Origin: Lama guanicoe
Taxonomy: Eukaryota
Assembly (NCBI GenBank): GCA_013239625.1
Contig: MU054187.1
Location: 124,001 to 188,000 of the forward strand
Reading direction: 5' to 3'
Length of the DNA stretch: 64,000 bases
Shown here piece after piece: positions 1 through 13,000 of the stretch. The translations under genes were made by a program, and so were the position numbers. Position 1 is the stretch's first letter, and the number at the start of each line of letters is the position of its first letter. The notes below the pieces were generated by a model. The model was not told where the DNA came from, ran no database searches, and was given only the letters and a program-made list of their open reading frames with translations.

Positions 1-984
1 GCCCAGTCAGTGCAGGAGGGACAGAAAAGGCAAGGAAGTCCCATTGTGTTTTTCCTCGTTGGATTTAAAAACGGTCCTTCTAGTGACGACTCCTTAAGAA
101 TATGTTTTCATGTAGGAGTTGGTATTTTTAGGATTTTGGTGTTTTTACATCATTATTGTGATAAGATTTTGGCTCTTTAGTAGATTGATGTTTACTATCT
201 GAAGTTAACAGGAAAAACAAGTCTTTTTTCCCTCAAGTAAACATAAAGCTTCATTAGTTATTAAGTAGAACATCCTTTTAAAGCAATTTAATATTCCCGT
301 CACAAAGCAGAACGGGGAGGAATATATCACGGAAACATTCTTTAAAACTCAATTTTGGAACCGAATACAGAAAATGGAAAATAGTGTGTGATACATGTGT
401 GTCTTGTGGTCACCTTTTGGGTAATTCTAATCAGCATCCCCAAATTTGAGAACGATTTTACCCAAGTTCTTCTAGACTAGCTGTAATTTCCTTCTCTGCC
501 TGGCTACCAGGGAGGTAGTGAAAAAAATCTTCCAAATACAAGAAGTTATAAATGGGTTCTATCCAGGGTTTCCATTATGAGATAGAGCCATCCCAAGGAA
601 TCTGTAAACAATTGTATTTCAGTGGCAATATTCTTCTAAAGTTACTGTTTGGAGTCTTATCCTTCTATCTTGTATGTATATTATGTAGACCAAGGATGTG
701 ATCAAAATAGATAACATGGTAGCAACACCATCATCAAGCACTGTGCACTTTAGAGCTGATGTTAACTACAAGCGTTCTTATAAATGTATATTTAAACGTA
801 TCAAGGAATTGACCTGGCTTTTACTAAATGAGCATTTTACTATATTGTATCCAGGTCAGTTGGAACTCAGCATATTGGGAACTTCACCTCACTTTCTTTC
901 CCTGTCTTCTTTGATGGTATGGGCATCATTCAAAAGCATTTCAGTAAAACTAGGTATAATCCATATAGGTATATGACAACTTCT

Positions 985-3345
985 TCTTTTAAAATTAAGA
1001 CATAATTAGCTACCATTCAAGTCACCATTTTGAAGTCCACAGTGGTTTTTTTTTTTACTATGTTTACAGAGTTGTATGACCATCACCGCAATCTGTTTTA
1101 GAAAGTTTTCATCACCCTGAAGAGAAATCTCATCCCCAGTGGCAGTCACTGTTCTTTCCCCCAAGACTTCAGCACTAGACAACCATCCGTCTCTGAATGT
1201 GCCTATATTGGAAATTTCATATAAATGCAGTCATTCAGTGTATGGTCTTATTTAAATAGCTTCCTTCATTTAGCATAGGAGCAAGGTTCATCCTTGTTGA
1301 AGCATATGCCAATACTTCATTCCTTTTTATGGCCAAATAATACTTCATTATATGCATATACCACACTTTGTTTATCCGTTCATCTGTTGATGGACATTTT
1401 CGTCGTTTTTATTTTTGAGTATTATGAATAATGCTGCTATGAATATTTGTTTACATGTTTTTACGTGGACATACGGTTTCATTTCCCTTGAGTTTATACC
1501 TAGATGAAGTAGAATTGCTAGGTCATCTGATAATTCTCTGTTTCACATTTTGAGGATCTACCAAATGATTTTCCACAATGGCTGCACCGTTACACACCTG
1601 ACCAGCAGTGAATGAGTGTACCAGTTTCTCTGCAACCACACCAACACGTTACTATCTTTTGACAATAATCATCCTATTAAATATGAAGTAGTATTTTGTT
1701 GTAGTTTTGATTTGTATTTCCCAGTGACTAATGATTTTGAGTATCTTTCCATGTGCTTCTTTGTCATTTGTGTATCTTCTTTGGAGAAATCCCTATTCAT
1801 AATGTCCTTTGCCTATTTTTAGTTGGGTTATTTATCCTTTTATTATTGAGTTGAGAGTTCTCTATGTATTCTGCATTCAAGTCTCTTATTAGACATATGT
1901 TTTAAAAGTATTTTCTCTCATTTTTTTGTGTTGTCTTTTCACTTTATGGTGTTCTTTGAAGCAAAAAATGTTTTGAATTTTGATGACATCCAATTTATTT
2001 TTTTTTCCTGTCATTTATTCTTTTGGTATCATATATAACATGACATAACAGACATATTCGTTCTTTTGCCAGTGGATATCCAATTATCCCACACCAATTT
2101 TTGAAAAGTTAATATTCTTTCCCTGTTGAATTTTCTTGGTACCCTTGTTGAAAATCCATTGACCATAAATATGGATCATTTCTATTGAGTTACATTCCTT
2201 TCTTATGCCACTGTTAATCTATTTGTTTGTCTTTATTCCAGTACCACTCTGTTTTGATTACTGTAGCTTTGTAGGATGCTTTGAAGTCAGAAATTGTGAG
2301 TCCTCCAACTTTGTTGTTCATTTTCAATATTGTTTGATGATTGTATGTCCCTTTACCTCCATATGAATTTTAGAATCAACTCATTGGTTTCTACCAAAAG
2401 GCTGGATAGGTTTTTGATAAAACATTGTGTTGAATCTTTAGGTCAATTTGGAGAGTGTTGCAGTCTTAACAATATTAGGTCTTCCTATTTATGAATATGA
2501 ATGTCTTTCCATGTACTTAAAAATTCTTTAATTTCTCTTAACAGTCCTTTGTAGTTTTCAGAATACAGATTTTGCACTTTCTTCAATTTATTCCTAAATA
2601 CTTTATTGTTTGATGCCATTTTAAATAAATTTTTTTATTTTTCATTTCAGTATCACATTGTCCATTAGTATTATATAGAAGTACAGTTTTTTAAAATTCA
2701 TCTTGTATCCTGTAAGCTTGGTGAACTCATTTATTACTCTTAATAGTTTTTTAGAGGATTTCTTAGAATATACAAAATTATACAAGATTATGTCATCTTC
2801 AACCAGAGAGTTTTACTTCTTTCTTTCTAACCTGGATCCATTTCTTTCTTTCTTTTTTCCCTCCGTAACTTCCTTGACCAGAACCTCTACTGCAGTGTTG
2901 AGTGGAAGACACCGTTGTCCTTTTCTGGGTCTTAAGACGAAAGTACTCACCATTAAATATGACGTTAGTCGTAGTATTTTTATAGATGCTGTTTATCAGA
3001 TTGAGGAAGTTCTCTTATTCCTGGTTTATTGAGTGTTTTCATCAGGAAATGTGTTGGATTTGGTCAAATGCCTTTTTTGTGTCTATTGAGATGATTGTGT
3101 AGTTTTTGTATTTTATTCTTTTGGTGTGGTTGTGTTACATTTATTGATCTTTCAGATGTTAAAGCAACATAGCTTTCCTGAGATAAATCCCACTTACTTC
3201 ATGGTGTATAATTCTTTCAATATGTTGTTGAATTCAGTTTGCTCATATTTTGCCAAGCAGTTTTGCATCTATATTCATAGGTAATATTGGTCTATAGTTT
3301 TCTCTTCTTGAAATGTCTTTGATTTTGGGATGAGGTTACCATGGC
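985..3345 (-). mobile_element. Old L1 (L1MB-like) 3' UTR plus ORF2 remnant
   Basis: Typical antisense L1 text (catctgttgatggacattt, aataatgctgctatgaata, gtcctccaactttg, gataaatcccactt); heavily decayed. Confidence 0.9.
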
Positions 3346-3694
3346 CCAATGGCCTAGGAAACGCCCATGCAGGCCCCCAGGCTCTGGGGAGGGGGGGCCA
3401 GACACCATGGTTATTAAGAAATAAGGTAATATTTCAGAATTTGCTGTGTGTTGGACAATGTTCTGTGCTCCCTTAAGCCATTTCATTTATTTCAGAATTC
3501 TATGAAATAAATATATAAATTAAACTATGTTACAGGTGAGTAATTGTGGCAAGTAGATTTCAAATTTCCAGTCTTACTTCATACAAGGAAAAATGAAGTT
3601 TTGAAGTGAAATAGAAGATTAAGTTTTCTTACCTTTAGGAAGTGCTTTTTACTCTGGGAAATGATGGAGTCAGTTTCTGTAGGGTCACATTTCA

Positions 3695-4625
3695 GTGGTA
3701 GGTGTCTACTGGCCCCGTAGAATGAATTGGGACGTATTCCCTAATCTCTCATTTTGGGCAGAGTTAGTAAGGGTTGGTATTAATTCCTCTTTAAACATTT
3801 GGTACAATTTACCAGTGAATCCATCTGGGTCTGGGCTTTTGTTTGTGGAAGCTTTAAAATTACTGACTCATCTCCTTGTTTGTTACAGGTCTATTCAAAT
3901 TTTCTGTTTCTACCTGTAAGTTGTGGTAATTTGTGTCTTTCTAGGAATTTGTTCATATTGTTTCATGTATCTAATTTGTTGGTACAGTTGTTCATGTCGT
4001 TTCCTTCAAGTATTCCTGTAGTCCCTTTACTTTCTGTAAGACTGGTAGTGCTTTCCCTCTTTCATTTCTAATTTTTGCCATTTGAGTTGTCTCTCGTTTT
4101 CTCATGGTTAGTCTAGCTAATGGTTTGTCAATTCGGTCAGTCTTTTCAAGGAACCGTCTTTTGGTTTTGTGGATTTCGTTTTTCCATTTTCTGTTTCACT
4201 TATTTCTGCCTAACCTTTGTCATTTTCTTCCTTCTGCTTGCTTTGGGTTTAGTTTGCTTTTGTTTTTCTGTTTTTTTTAATATGGAAGGTGAGGTTGATT
4301 TGTAATCTTTTTAATACAGGCATCCACAACTGTAAATATAAGGCTACTTTATTTACCTTTCATAAGTTTTATTATGTTGTGTATTCCATTTCATTCCTTT
4401 CAAAATATTTTCTAATTTCCCTTGTGATTTCTTCATTGACCTGTTGGTTATTTAAGGACTGTGTTGTTTAATTTCCACATATTTGTGAATTTTCCACATA
4501 TCCTTGTACTGTTGATTTCTAATTTTATTTCATTGTTGTCGAAAAAGATTGTATGATTCTGATTTTTTAAAATTTACTGACCATATGGTTTGTTCTGGAG
4601 AATGTCTGTGTATGCTTGTAAATAA
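3695..4625 (-). mobile_element. Continuation of the same L1 ORF2 remnant
   Basis: Resumes colinearly (ctggccccgtagaatgaattgggacgtattccc; accagtgaatccatctgggtctgg) after a ~350-bp interruption. Confidence 0.85.
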
Positions 4626-6949
4626 TACATACTCTTATGAGAGCTTTTTATAATTTTTCATTTAGCATAACTAGAGCTTTTCATCGCTTCATCTTTTGGT
4701 AAGGCTTGCTAGGATTATTAATTCTGCAAGTGTAAAGGGTTTCATGTAAGTAGACATTTATGTAAATATAGTATTTTATGGGGCATTGGTGTATGTTTCT
4801 TCAGGTCTGTCTGGTCACTGATATCTTTGGTTCAGGCGTCATTCTAAAAGGCAAGTAAAAAAAACTCCATGAGGCACGGGCTTCGCTTGGCAAGTGTGTT
4901 CCTTATGTTAACAAAGTGAATTTTGGTAATTATATACAGTACTTCCTTGCCGAAATGCAGCAGAATGAGTTAGAGATACCCAAAGAAGAGTGAGTAAGCA
5001 AGGTGGGTGCTGTTTCCTTCCTGAATTGACTGTAGCATCAGGAATTAACTGTGATTTTTAATGTTGAAACAGTTAAGGACAGATGTTACATGTTCTCTCA
5101 TCAGGGCTGGAGGAAGGATCACTGTCTCTGACAGTGACAGGCCAAAGGGAGGCATGTTCTTGGCCAACTGAACTAACAGCTCTTTTGCATCATTTCCACT
5201 AATAAGCAGCAAACACAGTCATTGTCATGCTTTCCATCTTGAATAGTAGGTTCTGCAATTTCTTTATCAAAGTAACCTGGATTAAATACACTCTTCTATG
5301 ATTAATACAGTACAATATTGAAATTATAATTTATAAAGGCAAACCAGAAACATTGTTGAAAAGTAGCTTTAAAAAAAACAGCAATGATCAAAGCAATGCT
5401 TCAGTTACGGGTTGCAGTAAATACTTCCAGTGTTTACAGACTTTTCAATATAATATCTAGGAAGATTTTCCATATTCTGACTAATAAAATAGAGCAAATT
5501 CTTTGAATATCACCGTGCATCCTAAAAATTCTTTGTGGGAGAGAGTATTATGTCTACCAGGTAAAGACTTGTGTGTTTGCCACACCAGCTTAACCCACTA
5601 TGTGTCATTTGTGTCAGCCAGTCCTTAGTATGTGACCTACTCCATTATCTTTTCCATAAGAAGAAGAGAATCTTCTGTGCTAGACTTGAATAATTGTGTG
5701 CCCTTACCTAGCTGGTTCATTCGGGTCCCAAAGTCTGTTTCTTTAGTTAGCATTTTGGTAGATTACAGAATAAGTATTTTCTAACCTCATGTAGTGTACT
5801 AAAGAAAACATTTGTATTGACCACTGCTAGTTTCTTCATTATCATTTAGAAGAGATGACCTCCATTTTCCTTTAGTAACTTCCAGTATCAGAAGTTCCAG
5901 CTATTTTACAAAACAAACAAAGTATTTGTGTGGAGCAGTGAGCACCTTAAAGCTCTCTACCCAGGAGATAATCAATAAATGCCTGATGACGGATAGAAAA
6001 TCATTTTGGTAAAACTGAACACGGGAGACTTGAAGAGCACACAGCACGTTGTTTGGCTGATGCAGGTATTCGTGGACCCGGCTACACTGATAACTAACAT
6101 CTGTGACTACTGTATTTCTGGAAAGTGGATTGGTATCATCCATTTGGTACAGTTTATGTTTGCATTAGAGCTGACTGAGAAAGTGTCTTGTGAAGTTTTA
6201 GGTTTGCCTGTAAAACCCTGCGCCACCCTGGGCCTGTTCTCATCCTGGTGAGGAGACTCCACAGTCTGTCCTCTAGAACAGCTCCAGCTTCCTTGCCAAC
6301 TGTCTGAACATACTTGGGAAGTAAACCAGCCCACCCGCCTAGAAGAATACACGTTACCCCAGTGAGCCAATAAAGCATGCAGTGTTCTGTGACTGCGGAC
6401 ATTGCCCCAACTTCAGCCAACTGCGTGTTGATACTTATCCAGGAGACTGAGAAGATGTAGCTGGGTCCATGAAAAAGTAAAACATTTTTTGGAAAAAGGA
6501 ATGAAAACATTTGCAGTAATAGTGGATAATTCAGCACCATGGGTTTCAGAAAGCAGAGACCATTAAATGGTGTAACACTGTTTCAGAGGCACAGCTCTGC
6601 TATGAGCTAAGTGATAAAGCAGGTCTAGTGACAAAACTAGACTGTGGCCCAGGTTTCCCAGCTGAGGACATTAACATTTACTCTCTCTGAACCTTCAACT
6701 CTTGTGAATTCTGTTTTCCACTCACAGCTCGACCTCGTCTGAGTGCAGCCCCTGTGTCTTCTTCATTGTATCAACATCGTTGATTTGTACTATTTTTGAG
6801 CATTAGTTACCCTCCTGACTCTTCTAGGTGTCTTCTGACTTGTTATTTTCTCAATTTTAAGCTGTGAAATGGAAAAACATATACCTTACATATATGCTTT
6901 TTGCACTTTATTTCTCAAGCCACGTGCATACTATTATCTCTTTGGATTC

Positions 6950-7099
6950 TCGCAGCATTGCAGGCTGTCAGCAGGGCCCTGTGCGGCCCACAGAGTCCAG
7001 TCCAGGCTGTGTAAGTGCAGTCCAGGCTATGTAACTGTGTAAGCAGGAAGAGCACATCTGGATGCTGCTTGCTTGCCTGGAAGTGACCCAGCACAGTCA
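6950..7099 (-). mobile_element. Probable partial 3' LTR of the ERV-L element (LTR33-like start)
   Basis: Minus strand reads ggtgac-TGTGCTGGGTCA...catccagat directly after ERV-L 3' internal-like sequence, resembling a PPT/LTR junction. Confidence 0.45.
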
Positions 7100-10000
7100 C
7101 CAGCACGTTGGGATTTTTCATGTGAACATAAACCCCTCACCTTTCCAAAGGGCGAAGGGCAGAAGCAGCATCGTAGTACAGCTCCCTTGTAGACATAAGG
7201 AGGGTATTCCTCTCCCCGGAGGGCAGGTCCAGCACCGCCTCAGGTGGGGCATCCGCTCCACATGTGCGAGCTCTTCTCCCCTACTGCAGGTGGGTTGTGT
7301 CTTGGAATCTGTAATTCTGTAAATGGAGTGAACTGCATGGCTGATAGGCTAATATCACCAATACACACTATTTAAAATAGGAGGAAGGAAGAGAGAATAT
7401 GGTTTAACAGGCATAAATATATACAGGACACCCTGAGGAAAGAATTTTGCGTAGGTATTAGAATGCTCACTTCTGCAGTGGGTACGAGCCTCTCCATGGT
7501 CCATCTGCCCTGGTCCCTGGGGTGTTGAATTCACTGCAGTGCTGCTGGCAGAGCATAGCAGACAGGGAGAGCATGACCAGAGCTGAGTGAATGCATGTCC
7601 CAGTGAGGGAAAGTTGTCACCTGTCCTGACAGAAGACACTCCATGTAACTGACCTGCTGCTCCGTGGCAAGTGGTCCCTCAGGATCGTTGCTGGGCGTGG
7701 CAAGCTGGACTCTCAGTAGACAGGTCAGTAGTGGTGTGCAGCCTTTGCCACCATGACCCTGCTTGTGACCCACCAAAGGAGCCCTGGATCCCTGCACACA
7801 GACTCAGACAAGTGTTTTTAGGTGATTTATCATCCCCCTGGGTTTTGAGCCTCCTCTTCTGCAGGCAGCATTCAGGTGGGACACACATACTCTCTGTCAC
7901 TCTTTGTTCCCAACCATCTCTCTGCCTGCCCTTTCATTGTCTTCTTTCTACCTTTGTGATCATCTGTTTGACTGTCTTCATCAGGCAGTTTGGCTCACAG
8001 CGCAACCTGTCTTTGCTTCTGGATCAAGTGGACCATCACATGTGTCCTCGGAGACTAGTCCCAATTAGCCAGCTGAGCAGCCATGGCCTATGAGTCCATG
8101 GGAGCTGTGCCCCATGCCATTTCTGGGCACACTGGACCCAGAAGATGCACCACACGAAGCTGTGCATGTCCTCAGGGCCTTGCTGGAAGGGAGGTGCAAA
8201 ACCGCTTGTTTCCAGCCACTGCCCCGTGTCATGTCAGCCTATCTGAAACCCAGGCTTGAGTTTTCCACTTCAGATTACTTGTCCTGGAGACATCCCATGG
8301 GGCTGCAAGTGTAGGTTGAGGGAAGGATGGCAGATGTGGCAGGAGTAGGTGAAGCAAGAGTGCAAGCTTCCTGTTTGTGAAATTTACTTCACCCTGAATA
8401 TGCTGTACACACCACTTGCACTTGCAGATAGTGTTCCAGGATGTGCCCACCTCTGCAGCCAGGTAAGTCATACAGTGCCCAGTTCGTGTAAGTCCCATGG
8501 CTCTAGGTATCCCATGGTCAGGTGTTCCGTCACCCACAGGGAGCCAGTACAAGCCAGGATTTCATATCAAAAGAAAGATAGTTATTTGCTGAATAGAGCA
8601 TGGCTTAGCCCCCAAACCTTAGATCCTTCTACTAGGCTGTTTGACTCCAAGGATCTCAGTCAACCATAGATATTGCCGTTGGTCACAAGGACCAAAGGCA
8701 GAGTTGCTTGCATTGTGTCCTGACCCACATGAAGTGCTTTCTCTCAACCCGGCTCCGTGCTGAGCTTTTGAGGTCACTCTGGAAATAGATCAGAGTGGAA
8801 AACGGGAAAGTGACGTGTGTTGCCTCCAGAATCCAGTGAGATATGCGAAGCACTTGTGCTTCTTTCCTAGTGGTAGTGGGTGAAACTCGCAACAGCATGC
8901 TTTCGTTTTGAAGGCGCTGTCTCAACATGCCCCAGGTCGCTGTACCACTAGAAATTTCCCTCAGAGAGCAGGCTCCTGAAGTTTTCTTCTTTTCTTTTAT
9001 CTTCTGTCCTCTGATGCACACTTGTCTTACAAGGGTGTCCTGGAGTGCCCTTTACTTTCTGCTAAGCACCCTGTCAGCCTGATGCTGTCTTGTCCTGTGG
9101 GATGGTGAGACAGTAAGCTTCCTGCAGACTGAGTTAGGACACAGAACCAGAGCTGACGTAGCTCCAGGGTGGCACGGTGAAAGCAGGCAGCTTTCTGTTC
9201 CTCTGCTGGTTCGGATAGGAAAACGCATACAATTTGCACACATTCATCCTTCAAGTCAGTAGCTGCACACCAGATCGGGGGATGTGTTGATTTGCTCTAG
9301 TGGGATCCCAGCTAGGTCTGCAGCTGCAGCGGGAATTGCTCCCTGGTTAAGTCTGTGACGCTCCACTGTCATTCTCTACACAGGCCCGGCACCCACAACG
9401 GGAGGTGTGACAGGAACCACCACCGTGCACCTTTCAAGTCTCTTGATGGTGGTATTAATCTTGGTGCTCCCCAAGAAGATACGATGTTTCTTTCAGTTGC
9501 TGTTTTGCAGGGAAGAGATGCTTTGGGGTTTCTCTTCAGCTCTTCTAATATCAGGAGTTCTTGTATATGAATCAAGGTGCAAATGTGGAAGTTCTGCCCA
9601 TTTCTGAGTCTGTGTTCCATCTACAAACTCATATCTGGGCAGACAGTCATAAGACAGACTCCATTTGTGTTTGTCGCTCATAAAACCAGCTTGACAAGTA
9701 GAGCACAGAGGTGCTGAGACTTTGGGGAGCAACATTAGCTTGGGCACGATGTCCAACAAATCCTGAAAGCTCTGGGCATTTCCCTTTCTCCAGTGCACAG
9801 CTGTCCCCAGAAGCACAACTTGTGGGGCTCTTTTGGGAAGGAGCAGTAGGAAGAGTTAAATGACATGATTTACGACATCATTGAAGGGTTCTTCCCTCAA
9901 GGACCCAACTGCTCCTTTTGTTCGGGACTCAAGGACCACTCTTGACTCAGGCTGGGGCCTAGCAGAGAGGCCCTAGACTTTGTCATTCTTGATCAGACAT

Positions 10001-10300
10001 GGCCTCTGTCACTGACCCTGCATGTCTGACGGGAGGTTCCTAGGATGCCCAGCTCTTCTGGCCCTAGAAACCCCTCATCAACTGTCCTCCACCAATTATC
10101 CCTGTGGCTCAAATTGTAACCTTTGGCTTATCATGTGTGCTCTGCCTGTCTGCCTCTGGACACTTAGCTCCTCTGCCTCAGCTTTTCTTTCCCTCATTGA
10201 AATCAGGGAGCCTGTTCCAAGGGCAGCCTCTGCACCACTGACCTTCCTCTCCATGGCTTCTGGGTTGGTGGGGTAGAGTGGAGAGGTGGGTGGTAAATCT
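7100..10300 (-). mobile_element. Ancient ERV-L (class III) proviral internal region: gag end, protease, RT, RNase H, integrase; all decayed
   Basis: Minus-strand translations against recalled ERV-L Pol: TAVHWRKGNAQSFQDLLDIVPKLMLLP (~9800-9725) vs VTVHWGKGNDQTFRGLLDTGSELTLIP; RMTVERHRLNQGAIPAAAA..LEQINTSP vs RT WRMTVDYRKLNQ..IAAAV..LEQINTSP; PTTTRKEAQ vs PPTTKKEAQ; PQPTLAAPWDV..KTQAWVSD vs RNase H PQPAPMASWGV..KTRAWFTD; HKQGHGGK and PLATEQQVSYM vs integrase HEQSGHGGR and QPATWWQVDYI. Confidence 0.9.
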
Positions 10301-12744
10301 CCCTCAGTCTTCATATTTCTCCCTTTGTATTTTACTGAGGCATTCCTGGCACGCAGCTATTCTGATTCCTATTCTGGGCTACTGTAATACCATGAGGAAG
10401 GCAGAAGAGTTTGAGTTACTTTGGTTTTAGGGTCTTTACAGGAGAGTGCTGCTTATGGACGGACATTGTGGCATCTGTGATGAATTTCCAGTTTCATACT
10501 TGGGATGCGTTTGTTAGGGACATATTACAACACCTGACAGACAACAGCTAGTCAAGTAACCTTTTCAGTTCCTGTCTCTGTACAATATTGCTCTTCAGAG
10601 AAAATGCATCTGCTACTTTCTAAAGCATACTTGAGTGGGACTTCCATCTCTTTCTCCTGTAAGAGGGTTTGGAGACAGGTTGTGGAGTTGTTTAACTGAG
10701 GAAGGTCTGCTGGTTGGAACCCAAACTACTCTTTTTTGTCTTACCCTGTCTGCGTACTAATGCCTGAGGTGGTTGGTCTGCTGATGATTGTCGTTGAATC
10801 ACTTTTTCCTTGCTTTTTTCTCCCAAGAAAAATAAACAGACAACAGTTTTGAAGATTAACAGTAAATATGTTTCATTAGTCTTGCTCTGTGTCTCCTCTC
10901 CCTTTAACTGTCCATCTTTAAAGCATGTGGTGGAGGAGTTCCTGGTGTGATTTAGCACAGGCCTCGGCAGTTATCTCCTTTGAGGGGTTTTGCCCGGGCT
11001 GGAGTTTCCCGACAGCCCTGACCACAGAGCGGTGGAATGTGGGGCTGACGTCACGGCCGCTCCTGGGAATGTTTTGCATTCCTCTTCCTGGCAGTGGTCA
11101 GGTGGCTTCCAGCAAGAATGAAGGACAACAGCTTCCAAAGGAGAAAACGAGAGGAGGGAAAGAACAGTTTATAATCAAACTATTGTGGGGGAGGCACTTT
11201 TATTCTGAGCCAAAACTGAAATTAGAACCAGATGTCTTACATTCTGATGCTGCACGAATGTTAAATACGTTTATTAATGACTGTAATAGCTGAGCTATTT
11301 GGCTTTTTATTGAACTTATGTTTTGAAACTCTCTTTAAGAATTATGGAAAAACTACTTCTTGTAGCTGACATTTTAACTGCAAAAGCAGCTTTCTGAGTT
11401 TAAAACAGGGAATGGTACCCTGAGGCCTGGGCGCTGTAGTTAATGGACAGGCTGTTTTAAACTCTTATTAATCTTCCAAAAAGTTGCTTCTGCAACATAA
11501 AATCTCTGTAACCTGTGAATGTGTTTTGTCCTGATCAAGTAACTTCAGTCCATTAATTATGGGAGACGTACGTTCTATTAAAATACCCGCCACAGAAGGT
11601 TTTTTCCCCTCAAAATATTTAATTTCCATTGTTATTTCTGTGTATTATGTGACTAGCCAAGCCAAATACTCAACACGAAACTTAGCAGACTCTTAATAAA
11701 ATAAACAGGTTTTCCAAAGTCGTGCAATGTGTGCAACAGAAAATTGGACAGTAACTGAGTTAAATTTTAAACTTAATTTGTGTTTGTCTTCTAGCTACTG
11801 AAGTGCCTTTGTTCACATTGATTATACTGGTTTAGCGGATCGTGATTTGTCTATGTATTTTAAAATAAAACATTTCATTCCTTTTTTTTTTTAATGGATG
11901 CCTTTCAGTAGATTCCTGCTTATTTTCTGTGACAGCAATTCCATTAAAACAGTTCTCCAGTTTAGGTGAAATGTGTTTGAGTACTTCCTGTTATACATTG
12001 AAATGGAAAGTTGGCTTCCTGTGCAGGTCATATTGCTGGTAAGGAATTTCCAGAAATGTGGAGAAGTGCTGACTCACAGTGCACAGGGCACAGATCCCAC
12101 TGCAGTAAGGCCCAGGGGGTTTTCTGGGCTCCAGGCTGAAGCAAGCAAAATATGCCTCTCTGATGTGCTGCTTTATTTTTAGATGCAGCAGTGCGGGTGG
12201 AGGAGAGGCTGTTGGTTGGGATGAGACCCTTGCAAATAGCTATAAAATGACTAAAAGTTCTAGGGTTAGGTGTGTGTCTAAATGTGTGTTTTTCTACAGT
12301 CTATTATTAGAGTTTGAAAAACAGGTGGTTTTGCTTATAGTACCTAGTGTTGTTCTCTCTGTTTTGCCCCACACGTGACCCCGTGCCCTCAGGCTGGGGT
12401 GGTGACTGGCTGTGAGCCCTGTAGAATGTCCCACTGCATTGGGGGATTGGTCCAGGGAGAGGTCTATGGTGTTGCATCCTTTATGTCTGTGATAAAGTCC
12501 CTGAATCTAATAGTAACAACTGACTAAAAACTAAATATTAGCTGGCAGGAGTTAAGAGAAAAACTAGGATTTGTTGCATTTAATGTGCTTGGCTCTGTCC
12601 TGGGTGTTTAACGTTTGTTATATTGTCTGAGTCTGAACTTACCGATTGAGATTTCTTTTTCATTCATTTGGTATGGAAATGACTGCTAGACTGCGGGAGA
12701 GGGGCTTTCTGAATACATATCTGTTCTCTTAAAGTTAACATACC

Positions 12745-13000
12745 CAAATGTCCTCATCCATCAATTCCACAAACACTCTCTGAATAACTGCTCTGTGCCA
12801 GGCGGGTGCTGATTGCTGGGTGCTGAGTGCTGGGCACTGGGTACTACAGAATATGTGCTCCTGGTTCCCTTTCTGAGGGGAGGGGGCTGCTGCAAGACCC
12901 AGGCAGGGAACACATGTCCATAAATGTGTGCAGCATTCCTTTACGGCTGTCATAGTGGAAATCTACAGGTACAATCTGGCACAAAGGAGGGGGATACTCA
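12745..13000 (-). mobile_element. L2 3' fragment
   Basis: catccatcaattccacaaacactctctgaataactgctctgtgccaggc resembles the antisense L2 tail. Confidence 0.55.

Noticed and set aside
6000..6300. Faint resemblance of PLSRNTVVTDVSYQC to a Mab-21-family helix
   Set aside because: Only a few matching residues and the downstream spacing disagrees; not supportable without a profile search.
6915..7322. Protein-like minus frame (..ELYYDAASALRPLER*GVYVHMKNPNVLVTVLGHF..) as a cellular exon or env gene
   Set aside because: Better explained as the ERV-L 3' internal region and LTR junction; no env motifs seen.
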